A stretch of DNA of 64,000 bases from an uncultured virus (IMG/VR IMGVR_UViG_3300018428_002561) (Duplodnaviria; Heunggongvirae; Uroviricota; Caudoviricetes): IMG/VR virus record IMGVR_UViG_3300018428_002561. One strand, 5' to 3'. The notes below the pieces were generated by a model that was given only the letters and a program-made list of their open reading frames with translations, was not told the DNA's origin and did not search any database. The translations under genes and the position numbers were made by a program. Position 1 is the first letter of the stretch; the number at the start of each line of letters is the position of its first letter. Shown piece by piece: positions 38,131-48,052 of the stretch.

Positions 38131-39252
38131 GAAATATTCTTCTGTAGATTTTACAATATTTCTTGTAATTTCATGCTTAAAATTTATGTTGCTATATACT
38201 TGTGCGTTCTTTTTTAAGATAGGTTCCCAACTTTTTAATAATGGATATCTTTCCTGAGGTGTTAGATGATACCAATATTCTAATGTATCATGGAATTCAG
38301 AGAATCTTACATTGTGATCTTTTTTGCTATCATAAGTTGTATCTAATCCAGGAAATCTTAAATTGATGCCTATATTATCAAAATAATCTAGTATTCCAGG
38401 TTGTCCTAATATTATACACGGGTGTCCAATAGCAATACATCTAAATGTTTTTTCAGTAATGAACAAACCAGGTTCTTCAAAAAACGTTTCTGTAACAATA
38501 CTGAGCTGACTTGCATTGTAAATGTCTCTATTTGTTACATTACCCAAGCCGCCAACTTTATTATCTACATCTACTTTGTATCCATACCCTGATATTAAGT
38601 TGTCTTTTACAAAGTTTATAATGTTTTTTTCACACCATTCTATGTGTTGCTTTCTGTGAGGTCGATCTGTTCTATTAAGACTATTTAACTTTGCTATGCT
38701 ACTATGGTTGCGTAGAACTTTTTCTATGCATAAAGGCTTATCTGAATTGTAGGCTTCTTTAGCGTCCCATTCTATGCCGCCTTGTATTTCTAACTTAGGA
38801 TAAACATTTGCATTTTTACACCATACTAGATATTCGTCATTTAATTTTAAATTACCACTTACAATCAAAACACTTCCATTTGGCAAATTCCTTTGTTCCA
38901 TATCATGATGTAATGCCTTAAATGAATTCCAATTTTTATTAATATACGAATCACCTTCTACAATACTTATAATTGCAATTCTACATTTCCCTTGTTGTAC
39001 AAGATGTATTACTTCAATAGGAATATTTATTAGTGTATTAAAGCCATCAATATCTGATACATCGCCAGTCCATTGATGCGATAGTTTAGAAACTTCGATA
39101 GGAAAAATACATTCAGTACTTGGCTTGCCGAAGCCAATTCCTAGTTCAGGTATTTTATATCTTTCAATAAAGTCCTTATACTTTCGTACTTCTTTTATTT
39201 GAGGCACATGATCTAGATTCAATCTGTCTGGTCTTATAAATTGAAACTTCAT
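38116..39252 (-). CDS. putative glycosyltransferase of the ET...ITEKT family (GT10-like C-terminal motif)
   Basis: LNRTDRPHR; IVTETFF...FITEKTFRCIAIGHPCIILG...YD. Confidence 0.5.
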   Translation of the reverse strand: MKFQFIRPDRLNLDHVPQIKEVRKYKDFIERYKIPELGIGFGKPSTECIFPIEVSKLSHQWTGDVSDIDGFNTLINIPIEVIHLVQQGKCRIAIISIVEGDSYINKNWNSFKALHHDMEQRNLPNGSVLIVSGNLKLNDEYLVWCKNANVYPKLEIQGGIEWDAKEAYNSDKPLCIEKVLRNHSSIAKLNSLNRTDRPHRKQHIEWCEKNIINFVKDNLISGYGYKVDVDNKVGGLGNVTNRDIYNASQLSIVTETFFEEPGLFITEKTFRCIAIGHPCIILGQPGILDYFDNIGINLRFPGLDTTYDSKKDHNVRFSEFHDTLEYWYHLTPQERYPLLKSWEPILKKNAQVYSNINFKHEITRNIVKSTEEYFLTSS

Positions 39253-39845
39253 TATATACCTCTTGTAAGTATTACACCGTTATTACCACTGTATGCTATG
39301 TTATAACCATGTATTACCGCATAAGGTATTACAGGCCCATTTTTACCAAAGTATACTCCTGCACTTTTGTTGTATGGTGTATCGTCACATATAATTAAAC
39401 TTTGATCGTGCATGTATGGCATACAATTAATCATCTGTTCAAGATGCTCACGTTGGCAATCAAAATTTGACATCTTAACACCCATAGCATTATATTCGTC
39501 TATTAGTTTTTGTTCCGCAGGACGTATATTGTCCATAGTGCTTATCCAATCATAATTATCAAGATACAAAATCTTAATTTGTTTTTTTAATTTAGGTAAT
39601 TCCTTTTTTGTCCATTCGGCTCCAGAATTTGTAATAACAAAAGTAGTGTGTTTTAGATGGCTTAATGTTCTAGATGCAAAATCTGTTACATCGACTGAAT
39701 AAAAATCTACCCAATGATCGTTTGCTACAGAATTAAACCATTCTGTGGACCCTTCGCCTCGCTCGCTTCCTATTTCTAATATAATAGACGAGTTAACTTT
39801 TAGTTTATCTACAAAAGGTTTTGCATACAAATGAAAATTAGCCAT
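39252..39845 (-). CDS. class I SAM-dependent methyltransferase
   Basis: ILEIGSERG, YSVD, ILYLD, IICDDT. Confidence 0.65.
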   Translation of the reverse strand: MANFHLYAKPFVDKLKVNSSIILEIGSERGEGSTEWFNSVANDHWVDFYSVDVTDFASRTLSHLKHTTFVITNSGAEWTKKELPKLKKQIKILYLDNYDWISTMDNIRPAEQKLIDEYNAMGVKMSNFDCQREHLEQMINCMPYMHDQSLIICDDTPYNKSAGVYFGKNGPVIPYAVIHGYNIAYSGNNGVILTRGI

Positions 39846-40953
39846 TTTGCTTCTCTATAAGTAGATTATAATTATATTCAGTGCGTTCTTTTAATTCGCT
39901 AATGAGCTTTTGATATTCCTCGGATGGTAGATTACAAATTCTGCTTATTTCATCAACAATCATACTAAGTCTAACTTTGTTATCAATTTGTGTATTATAA
40001 CTTTCATCTATTAAAGGGTCAAATGTTTTAAACCCTAAAGCACGTAAATCGTTTAACATATATGGTGTACTAAATGCAATAAAAGGTTTCTTACATGCTA
40101 TTGCCTTGTAAGTTTTTTCAGTTATACTAGTAGGAGCAAATGATCGGTCGTACTTATCATGATTTGTATAGTAAGTTTGATCGTAATGTGTTTCAATTAC
40201 AATATGAAAATCTGTAGATAAAATTGTATCATAAGTGATGTTAGACCACTTGTTTAAAACGCTTCCACTTTCTTGTAGCTCATGCGGACATTCTTTAAGC
40301 CACCTAAACATTGGTTTAGTAATTTCAAATCCTAACTTTTTAACATCTTCTTCAATTTGATAAACTTTAAATACTTTAGGTGGATTTTGATAGGGCCAAA
40401 TATTAAAGAAACTGTATTTAAAATGTTCTTGTAATAAATTAGCATCAAGTAACTGAAGATATAAAGCGGCACGCCAATCTCTATAATTGCGACTAAGACT
40501 ACTGAATTTGTGTGTTATTTTTGCTTCATGCGATTCAGGTATACTAACTTCTTTTAACAAATAGTTATCAACTACAATATTACAATCTCTACCATATTGT
40601 GCTAGATAAGCATGCAAAAACCTTTTGTGGTTTTCATCCATTACGATAACTTTAATATCGTTAAAGCCTAGGCTGTTTTCACAAATAGCATCTTTGAGAT
40701 CTGTCGCAAACTCTATACTAAATGTTTCACTATCATTTTCATGAACTAGATATACATTTTTATTTTCTTTAATATGTTTCCAATTTACATCATTGACAGC
40801 GTCTTTTAAAGGTACATTGTGCATCAGCTTATCATACGGATGATGATAATAAATTACATTGTCGCTTGTTAAGTCAACTTTTGATAAATCTTCTACATTT
40901 GAAAATTCTAGATCATGTGACCACTTTTTACCCGTTTTGCTGTATATTAGCAT
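39838..40953 (-). CDS. putative glycosyltransferase of the ET...ITEKT family
   Basis: SLSRNYRDWR; IVIETH...SITEKTYKAIACKKPFI...GFKTF...DESYN. Confidence 0.5.
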   Translation of the reverse strand: MLIYSKTGKKWSHDLEFSNVEDLSKVDLTSDNVIYYHHPYDKLMHNVPLKDAVNDVNWKHIKENKNVYLVHENDSETFSIEFATDLKDAICENSLGFNDIKVIVMDENHKRFLHAYLAQYGRDCNIVVDNYLLKEVSIPESHEAKITHKFSSLSRNYRDWRAALYLQLLDANLLQEHFKYSFFNIWPYQNPPKVFKVYQIEEDVKKLGFEITKPMFRWLKECPHELQESGSVLNKWSNITYDTILSTDFHIVIETHYDQTYYTNHDKYDRSFAPTSITEKTYKAIACKKPFIAFSTPYMLNDLRALGFKTFDPLIDESYNTQIDNKVRLSMIVDEISRICNLPSEEYQKLISELKERTEYNYNLLIEKQNG

Positions 40954-41905
40954 TTACTTGTTCCTTTATCCAGGCATAGGTATGCTTTAGTCCATACTCT
41001 AAGTCTTCATCAGGTCTCCAACCTAAAAGTTCTTCAATTAATTTATTATGACTAGTTCGACCCATAACACCTACAGGTCCGTCAACATTGTTTATTTCTA
41101 ATGTATTCTTACCTGCTATTTGTGCAATTAATTGGGCTAAGTCGTTTATTGATATCATTCTTTCGCTACCAAGGTTAACTGGTTGATCGATATCACTTGC
41201 CATAATTTTTTGAAGTCCTTTGATACACTCTTCAATATATAAAAAACTACGTGTTTGGTTACCTGGTCCCCATATATCTACTTTTCCGTTACTTTCTGCA
41301 ACTTTACGACAGAGTGCCGCTGGTGCTTTTTCTTTGCCGTCATTCCAACTACCGTATGGGCCAAAGACATTGTGTAATCTTACAACCTTTGCATCTATAT
41401 TGTAATTTTTTCTATGTGTTAAATACAAACGTTCACTAAACAGTTTTTCCCAGCCATATTCTGTATCTGGTTCTGCAGGATATGCACTTACTTCTTCGCA
41501 ATAAGGATTATCCGGATCTAATTGATTACGTTCCGGATACACACATGCACTACTTGTGTACAAAATCTTCTTGATACCTTTTTTAGTTGCTTCGTGTAGT
41601 ACGTTTAAATTTATTAATGCACTATTATGCATTATATCGCTATCATGCTCACCTATTCCAATATATCCTGTGCCGCCCATATCTGCTGCAAGCTGATATA
41701 TTTCATCTAAATCATTTCTGACAACTCCTGCTACAAAATCAGGATTGCGCAAATCTACTTGATAGAATTCTTGTGCCCTTGTAGGTTCAAATGCAGGTTG
41801 TTTTATATCTGCACCTATCACATAATTTCCTTGCTCGACTAGTTCGTTAACTAGATGATGCCCTATGAAGCCGCCGGCTCCGCATACTAATATTTTCTTT
41901 TTCAT
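40928..41905 (-). CDS. GDP-mannose 3,5-epimerase-like extended SDR
   Basis: GAGGFIG, LAADMGG, SSACVYP, YGWEK, KEKAPAALCRK, QTRSF match plant-type GME, including catalytic Cys and Lys; ATG at 41905 or 41917. Confidence 0.85.
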   Translation of the reverse strand: MKKKILVCGAGGFIGHHLVNELVEQGNYVIGADIKQPAFEPTRAQEFYQVDLRNPDFVAGVVRNDLDEIYQLAADMGGTGYIGIGEHDSDIMHNSALINLNVLHEATKKGIKKILYTSSACVYPERNQLDPDNPYCEEVSAYPAEPDTEYGWEKLFSERLYLTHRKNYNIDAKVVRLHNVFGPYGSWNDGKEKAPAALCRKVAESNGKVDIWGPGNQTRSFLYIEECIKGLQKIMASDIDQPVNLGSERMISINDLAQLIAQIAGKNTLEINNVDGPVGVMGRTSHNKLIEELLGWRPDEDLEYGLKHTYAWIKEQVNANIQQNG

Positions 41906-41906
41906 C

Positions 41907-43181
41907 TTAATTCCCATATTTTTCTGTTATTAAATCTAATTCAACATCAGGTAATGTTTTTAAATGTTGAAAATTATATTCAACAATTCCTGCTACTTCT
42001 TCAGTAAATTTTATCTTACGTTCGTCCGACCAATTTGATATTGAGTTTACAATATCACAAATTTGTTTTATGCGTTCTACTGGATCAGCAACAGTATCAT
42101 AATCTTCTGACCACCAGTGATCAAAAGTTTTGAATCCCATGTCTTTTATATGTTGTAAACTTCCTTTTGCACCCATCATTATAAATGGTTGCTTATAAGC
42201 AATAGGCTTATAAGTTTTTTCTGTAATGTGTATTTCATCAGTAAAGAAAAAAGTTTCGCTAATAATATTTATTAGGCTATTTTTAAAATAATGCTCTATT
42301 GATTCCTCAGTTGACTCCATAGGATAACTGTTAAAGTTAGGATTATCTAGCACTAACGGAAGTTTATTTTTACTAGGTAAAATATCATCTTTAGTAATAT
42401 CTAAATTAGGATAACGTTTTATAAGATAATCAACATTACTTTCGAATGATCTTCCAGACTCTGGTTGCTTGCTATCCATGCTCATATAAAATTTGTCAAG
42501 TAGTTTTAGTTTAAACATTTTAATAAAAAATGTAAGTCTGTGATCACTATACCTACGCTGAAAACATAAGAAATCTTTCTCTCTTGGTCCAATAATATAC
42601 GGATCTTGTTTGAGTAGTGTTTGCTCCACGTTTGTTCTATGTATTTTAAATGTAGGAAAATATTCTACATTAATCTTAGGACCTGGTTTATTTTCTGCCC
42701 ACTTATTATACAGCTCTTGTCCGTTAGCACAATTTGTAAAATAAACAACCTTGTCTAAAGGTATTTCGTAATGATTAAAAAATTGTGTCATTACTTCCCA
42801 GTGCCTATGAGTTACCCAACCTTCAAATGGAATGGTAACAAGTATGTATCCGTTACCATTCTGTATTTGGTCTCTAATTAACGAACTAGGCGGATTATTA
42901 ACAAATGGTCCGTCAGTAGTACTAAAAAGTTTTGTCCAATCTCTATAATAATACGATGTGAAATTTAATTCGTAAAAGTATTTTTTGTCTTGTGGGATTT
43001 TAAATGCAGAAATAATTTCTCTATTTTTAAATGACTGAAACACTACTGGTGCTTGTACATCATCATCTACGTGTCCTTCATTCATAGCATAATTTATGTC
43101 TGCTAGTGTAGGTACTCTATTGTTAGTTATTGGCCATTTAGGTCCGCACCATTTGTATGCAAAACTTAAAATTTTAGACAT
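41907..43181 (-). CDS. putative glycosyltransferase of the ET...ITEKT family
   Basis: CFQRRYSDHR; IISETFF...HITEKTYKPIAYKQPFIMMG...GFKTF...EDYD. Confidence 0.5.
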   Translation of the reverse strand: MSKILSFAYKWCGPKWPITNNRVPTLADINYAMNEGHVDDDVQAPVVFQSFKNREIISAFKIPQDKKYFYELNFTSYYYRDWTKLFSTTDGPFVNNPPSSLIRDQIQNGNGYILVTIPFEGWVTHRHWEVMTQFFNHYEIPLDKVVYFTNCANGQELYNKWAENKPGPKINVEYFPTFKIHRTNVEQTLLKQDPYIIGPREKDFLCFQRRYSDHRLTFFIKMFKLKLLDKFYMSMDSKQPESGRSFESNVDYLIKRYPNLDITKDDILPSKNKLPLVLDNPNFNSYPMESTEESIEHYFKNSLINIISETFFFTDEIHITEKTYKPIAYKQPFIMMGAKGSLQHIKDMGFKTFDHWWSEDYDTVADPVERIKQICDIVNSISNWSDERKIKFTEEVAGIVEYNFQHLKTLPDVELDLITEKYGN

Positions 43182-44550
43182 TACTACAATCCTTATAAAA
43201 GTTTTCTAACTCAGGAAATGTTTCAACTAAGTTAGTATCTCTACGTTTGTCATATTCAGAAAACCAAGAATAAAAATTACGTTTGCCTTTGATAATTGTT
43301 TCTTCATCATAATTTGTATTTCTCATGTAGTCTACAACCCGTCTAAATCTTTCATATTCTAAAGAACTAAATTTTGTACGGTCTTTGTCATTTACGTTTG
43401 ACTCTATAAAGTTTAAGTGGTCTTCCATATATGGCATAAACTTTTCTTTAGGCAAAATATTCATATCAAATTGTAAAGGTTCTTTTAGATACGGTGTATC
43501 AAATCTAACACGTTGCCACTGTGTTTCATTTGTATCAGTATTGTACTTTTGTCGCCATTCTAAAATCTTTACTAGTAGCAAACTAAAACTAGTAACAGCA
43601 AACAAATTAAATGTTACCATAAACGTTACAGGCCAACCTGTACTACTTAGGTAATAATCTAAATTCTTTTCCCAAAGCTCAATGTCAAGTCCGGTACGAG
43701 TATATTCTGCACGTGGTCCCCAGGTGTCAATACTAGTATATAACTTAAAACTATTAATACAGTTTTTTGCCTTAAGATCTTTAACACGCTCTACAAGTCT
43801 ATAAACCATTGCAGGCTTTACGCCCATATTACTGTTAAGTTCTATATTAAGATGAGGTTTAGGATTTTCTTCTAATTCGTCAAACAATCGCCATGTACTC
43901 TTATGCATGAGCGGCTCACCGCCTGTAACACGCAATATGTTTAGTGTTTTACTAACTTCAGGCCACCACTTCCACCATGCATCTACATACGGATTAGTTT
44001 CTTCTTCATATAATTCAAACCAGTCAATGTCATTTCTGTGTTCTGTGCTGTCGCTGTATGGGCCGTAATGTTTTATTTCATTATAGTATCTACTACTAAA
44101 TTTTGGATGGCAATAACCGCATTTAAAATTACATTCATTACTAAAGTTTACTTCTATATATTCTGGATTAATATCGTAATCCCAAGGATTGCTTTTTATT
44201 TCTTCTATCCTTTCAGGAGTATAAATGCTTGTAGTCTTGATATGTCTGTCACTTACATAGTCCTTGCCCATACATTCTATATTCCAGCAATATTGACAGC
44301 CACTGGGCTTGCCTCCATTTAGCATTGCTAACCGTTCTTGTTTTTTCTGTGGAGTATTATGTAACTGGCTCGGATTTTCATCTAACCCTTCGAGTGGAAT
44401 TTTATGAGGTGCAGGATGGTAGCAACTATGTGTCTCGCCTGTTTGTAAATAAATTGTAACATGATGCCATTTTGCTAGACAAAAAGTAGGCGAGGTTTCT
44501 CTTTCTACTTTAGGCATAATTTCTTTAATCCTGATTAGCTCAGTATTCAT
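43174..44550 (-). CDS. radical SAM enzyme with N-terminal SPASM/twitch-like domain
   Basis: FCLAKW...HSCYH...CQYC, then CNFKCGYC and TGGEP. Confidence 0.85.
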   Translation of the reverse strand: MNTELIRIKEIMPKVERETSPTFCLAKWHHVTIYLQTGETHSCYHPAPHKIPLEGLDENPSQLHNTPQKKQERLAMLNGGKPSGCQYCWNIECMGKDYVSDRHIKTTSIYTPERIEEIKSNPWDYDINPEYIEVNFSNECNFKCGYCHPKFSSRYYNEIKHYGPYSDSTEHRNDIDWFELYEEETNPYVDAWWKWWPEVSKTLNILRVTGGEPLMHKSTWRLFDELEENPKPHLNIELNSNMGVKPAMVYRLVERVKDLKAKNCINSFKLYTSIDTWGPRAEYTRTGLDIELWEKNLDYYLSSTGWPVTFMVTFNLFAVTSFSLLLVKILEWRQKYNTDTNETQWQRVRFDTPYLKEPLQFDMNILPKEKFMPYMEDHLNFIESNVNDKDRTKFSSLEYERFRRVVDYMRNTNYDEETIIKGKRNFYSWFSEYDKRRDTNLVETFPELENFYKDCSNV

Positions 44551-45437
44551 CTTTTCTTAATTATCCTCGGTGTGTTTTGATACACACTTTTAAAAAATCT
44601 ACTACCTTGTGCATCTAGGTCTGATATTTCTAAATCTAATTCATTACGCAAATTATTACCGTACTTAAAACTTTCAGATTTAACATCAAGTTCACTTACT
44701 TTTTCTTCTTTCCAATAATTTGTTAGGTATTTAAAATCTCTTACATTAGTATAGTCCCAATCTGTACACATTGTCATGTAACAGCCCATTCTTGCACCAA
44801 GTATACTCCAATCTCCATACTCTACATCTGCTCCAACAGTACACCATATACGCAATCTATCTAAGTTTTGCCACCAAACTTTTTTTATGTCAGTTGCTTT
44901 GGCACCTTCGTTAAGGCTCATTTTAACGCCTTCGCGAAATCCTGCTCTCCAAGCCTGAAATGGAGACCCGTTTGTATAACTTACTGAATAATTATCATTA
45001 AATTGATAATATTTTTCGTCAAAACAAAACTCTACAAGTCCTTTCGTATCGTCTGGATTTGAATTTTCATGTGTTTTCATATTATGGACGAACTTACGAG
45101 TCCACATTTTTAATCCACCATTGCCGTACATAAGTCCGTTAACGTGAACTTTGCCACACCAACTAAAAACATAGTCTTCAGTGACGCCTAACTTTTCTAA
45201 ATCAATTTCTTGCTGTAAAAATTCAGTGTCTATTATGTTGTCACCGTCAACTGTGACAAAATATTCTGTTTCACTTAGATCTGCACATGCCTTGTGTGCG
45301 GCATCTGATCCGTCTACACCATGAACACGCTTTGCCCAAGGCAACTTGTTACACAAGTCTGCATAGTTTTTTTCAGCATTTGGTTCGTCATAAGATAAAA
45401 AGATAATATCTTGATCAATGACTTTGATTTTACTCAT
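44547..45437 (-). CDS. GT-A-like glycosyltransferase (paralog of the 36419-38095 C-domain)
   Basis: DIIFLSYDE, GSDAAHKAC, VTVDGDN, YGNGGLK, AWRAGFREG. Confidence 0.65.
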   Translation of the reverse strand: MSKIKVIDQDIIFLSYDEPNAEKNYADLCNKLPWAKRVHGVDGSDAAHKACADLSETEYFVTVDGDNIIDTEFLQQEIDLEKLGVTEDYVFSWCGKVHVNGLMYGNGGLKMWTRKFVHNMKTHENSNPDDTKGLVEFCFDEKYYQFNDNYSVSYTNGSPFQAWRAGFREGVKMSLNEGAKATDIKKVWWQNLDRLRIWCTVGADVEYGDWSILGARMGCYMTMCTDWDYTNVRDFKYLTNYWKEEKVSELDVKSESFKYGNNLRNELDLEISDLDAQGSRFFKSVYQNTPRIIKKR

Positions 45438-46005
45438 TTACTACCTCGCAAGAATACTTCTGAAACCTTCTATTAGTATATACACTAAAATCTTCAAGAT
45501 TAAACTGAGTCTGGCTGTTAAACTCGAGTTCATTATCGATTAAATGCTCTACTGTAGTGGTAAAATATTCGTGCAAGATATTCGGATTATTCTTCTGCGT
45601 AACAGAAAACCTTAAATTTTGATTTATTCTTTCTTTTTTATCTTCTAGTTCTAGTTTTGCCTCGTCTGATAAAGAAATATTCCACAAATTTTGTTTTGTT
45701 TTGTATTTTACTATAACTTGAGCATTATTTGTTGGAATAATTTTATACACATTATCATTAACATCTGACTCAATTTTCTTATTCTTAGATACAATTACAT
45801 AAGATGATGTTCCGACATCATAAACAACTTTGTGCGTTGTTATACTTTTGTTGCCGTCTAGAAAATCACGTATATCTTCAATTTGTGCCGGGAAAGAGCT
45901 CTCAAATTCCTGTTCTATGTTAGATATAGATTTAATATCTCCTGTATCTTTATCAAAATATACCTTATGTTTGATTTCAAATTTAGGTGTCTGTAGTACA
46001 ATCAT
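45430..46005 (-). CDS. hypothetical protein
   Basis: 191-aa ORF coupled within the operon. Confidence 0.65.
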   Translation of the reverse strand: MIVLQTPKFEIKHKVYFDKDTGDIKSISNIEQEFESSFPAQIEDIRDFLDGNKSITTHKVVYDVGTSSYVIVSKNKKIESDVNDNVYKIIPTNNAQVIVKYKTKQNLWNISLSDEAKLELEDKKERINQNLRFSVTQKNNPNILHEYFTTTVEHLIDNELEFNSQTQFNLEDFSVYTNRRFQKYSCEVVNE

Positions 46006-46838
46006 ATATCTAACCTCTTTTCTAGTATACTCAAAATGTCATCTGTTAAGAAACTATCTTCAGTGTAATGGAAAATACCAGTTTGCTTGTAATTACCAAT
46101 AAAAAGTTCTGCTTGATTTGTAAAATATGAGCCAACTTTCGTTTGCCAACTCTCACGAATATCATTCCAGCCTTGTATGTTTGCTTTCATGTGTGTAAAT
46201 GAAGGATTAGGTAAATTAGGATTAGTAACTTTTGACTTACAGTCAAGCATATCTACAGTCATTGCTGCCGTTAAATCCATACTTGCAAAATTTTGTATTA
46301 ATTTATCGCCCTTAACCTTATAAAAATCCTGCCAATTGTTAGTAATAGTATCTAACCATTTGTAAAATTCAAGTGCAAAATCACTTTTCTTAAAATAATG
46401 GAAACCCATGTACACATCAGGTAAATGTAACTTTTTAAAATTACGTCTATAAAATGTATCTGTAACTCTTTCACCTCTGTAATCATAAACTGTTGACGTT
46501 AGAAACATATCATAAGGTTGTAAAATTTCCATCCAACTTGTAATATCGTCTAACACTAACATGTCTGTGTCTAACACTATTGCATCATCATAAGGAGATA
46601 TAAAGTAAGTTTTCCATCTATTGTGTATTTTCCAATCATACTTGTTTGCTAAGTCGCCCCATGGTATTTCAATAATGTTATCAAACAGGTCTTTGTATTT
46701 TTCAGGCACAACATTATCGGTTAGAATACTAATTTTAGAATTAGGAGTAGTGTTGTGTATGCTCATAGCAAGAGCACATGCTTGCTGCACGTAATCAACA
46801 TGTTCAGTATTTTGTGCAACTAGAATAAAATTAGGCAT
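46002..46838 (-). CDS. GT-A (GT8-like) nucleotide-diphospho-sugar transferase
   Basis: DYVQQACALAMSI, SPYDDAIVLDTDML (DxD), FTHMK, FHY. Confidence 0.7.
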   Translation of the reverse strand: MPNFILVAQNTEHVDYVQQACALAMSIHNTTPNSKISILTDNVVPEKYKDLFDNIIEIPWGDLANKYDWKIHNRWKTYFISPYDDAIVLDTDMLVLDDITSWMEILQPYDMFLTSTVYDYRGERVTDTFYRRNFKKLHLPDVYMGFHYFKKSDFALEFYKWLDTITNNWQDFYKVKGDKLIQNFASMDLTAAMTVDMLDCKSKVTNPNLPNPSFTHMKANIQGWNDIRESWQTKVGSYFTNQAELFIGNYKQTGIFHYTEDSFLTDDILSILEKRLDI

Positions 46839-47658
46839 CTATTATTTCCTCTAATGCATATTTGTTCATTACATGCACACTATTTCCTAAAAACTTACAA
46901 GGAATAAATTGATCAATAGTATTTTCTTTTTGTAGTAAGAACGTAAATTTATCATCTTGAATACTGTGAACTAAATCTCTATCCGCCGTAAAAAACAATT
47001 TACCCGGCATTGACTTTGCAAAATTTCCTTGCTTAAAATTGTTCATTATATGAATTGCAATACTAAAAGCATAATCGTTTCTATAAGTTGTGGAGACAAT
47101 ATTATAAACATTTCTATAGTGTCTATAATTTTCCTGTATATGCTTTAATAAATTAAAAAAAGTTCTATTTAATTCTGTTTTTCTAAAAAATACACAAGTA
47201 GCCCAATAAAAATCTACACTTGTTTCACTTATAAATTTAAATTCACTTGTATCTCTTGATGCTAGATCAATAGCATCTTTGTAAATTAAAAAGTCATAGG
47301 CACTATCATAAGCATTTTTTAATATGCTATCTGCAATAACATAATCACTATCTAGTACTATAGTTTCATCATACGGACTAAGATCAAAAGCAAGTACCCT
47401 ATCATCATTTTTGAAATCTAAAACTTTGTGTGTCTTTGCACTATTGTAAAAATATTTCTTGCTGGACTCAACTGTGATATCATTTATAATAATTTTATCA
47501 AATACATCTTTATACCTGTCATTAATGCTCTGTTTATCTGTAACTATAGAAACAGGAATAGACAAATATTGTTCAGCACGTTTTGCAAGAAAAGCTGCTT
47601 GCTTTACATAATCAATTTCACTGTTATTATGTGCAAAAACAAGAATACCTTTACTCAT
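46831..47658 (-). CDS. GT-A (GT8-like) transferase, paralog of the adjacent gene
   Basis: DYVKQAA, SPYDETIVLDSDY (DxD), RNDYAFSIA, HVMNK. Confidence 0.7.
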   Translation of the reverse strand: MSKGILVFAHNNSEIDYVKQAAFLAKRAEQYLSIPVSIVTDKQSINDRYKDVFDKIIINDITVESSKKYFYNSAKTHKVLDFKNDDRVLAFDLSPYDETIVLDSDYVIADSILKNAYDSAYDFLIYKDAIDLASRDTSEFKFISETSVDFYWATCVFFRKTELNRTFFNLLKHIQENYRHYRNVYNIVSTTYRNDYAFSIAIHIMNNFKQGNFAKSMPGKLFFTADRDLVHSIQDDKFTFLLQKENTIDQFIPCKFLGNSVHVMNKYALEEIIDA

Positions 47659-47998
47659 TAAAGATGCCTTCAACTGATCGTTGCTTTTTGATTTTATTGT
47701 ATTCGGTGAAATACTTGTTAGAGGCTTCTGCGTATGTTTTTACAAGATTATTTGTAAACCTTGGTAAATCATCTACAAGAATAGGAATGCCATTATCATC
47801 TGTAAGTACAATTTGATCTTGTTCTAAACTTACTAGACTTTGACAAAAACTAATTAGTTCTTTAGAGGATGTAAACTGACAGCCGCTTTCGTAATGTATT
47901 AAGTCTGATTGATATTGTTGCTGTAAAAGATTCTTTTGTTGATTTATAATGTCAAGTAATTTACTTGCTTCAAGTGCTTTTGCTAATTTTTCGTCCAT
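47651..47998 (-). CDS. hypothetical protein
   Basis: GGAG SD; first gene after the promoter at 48024-48052. Confidence 0.7.
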   Translation of the reverse strand: MDEKLAKALEASKLLDIINQQKNLLQQQYQSDLIHYESGCQFTSSKELISFCQSLVSLEQDQIVLTDDNGIPILVDDLPRFTNNLVKTYAEASNKYFTEYNKIKKQRSVEGIFNE

Positions 47999-48023
47999 AC
48001 AAAGTCTCCATAAGTATACTGTA

Positions 48024-48052
48024 ATTATACACTATCAGGCTTTGATTGTCAA
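48024..48052 (-). promoter_or_regulatory. consensus sigma70 promoter heading the glycosyltransferase operon
   Basis: TTGACA (48052-48047), 17 bp, TATAAT (48029-48024) on the - strand. Confidence 0.85.
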
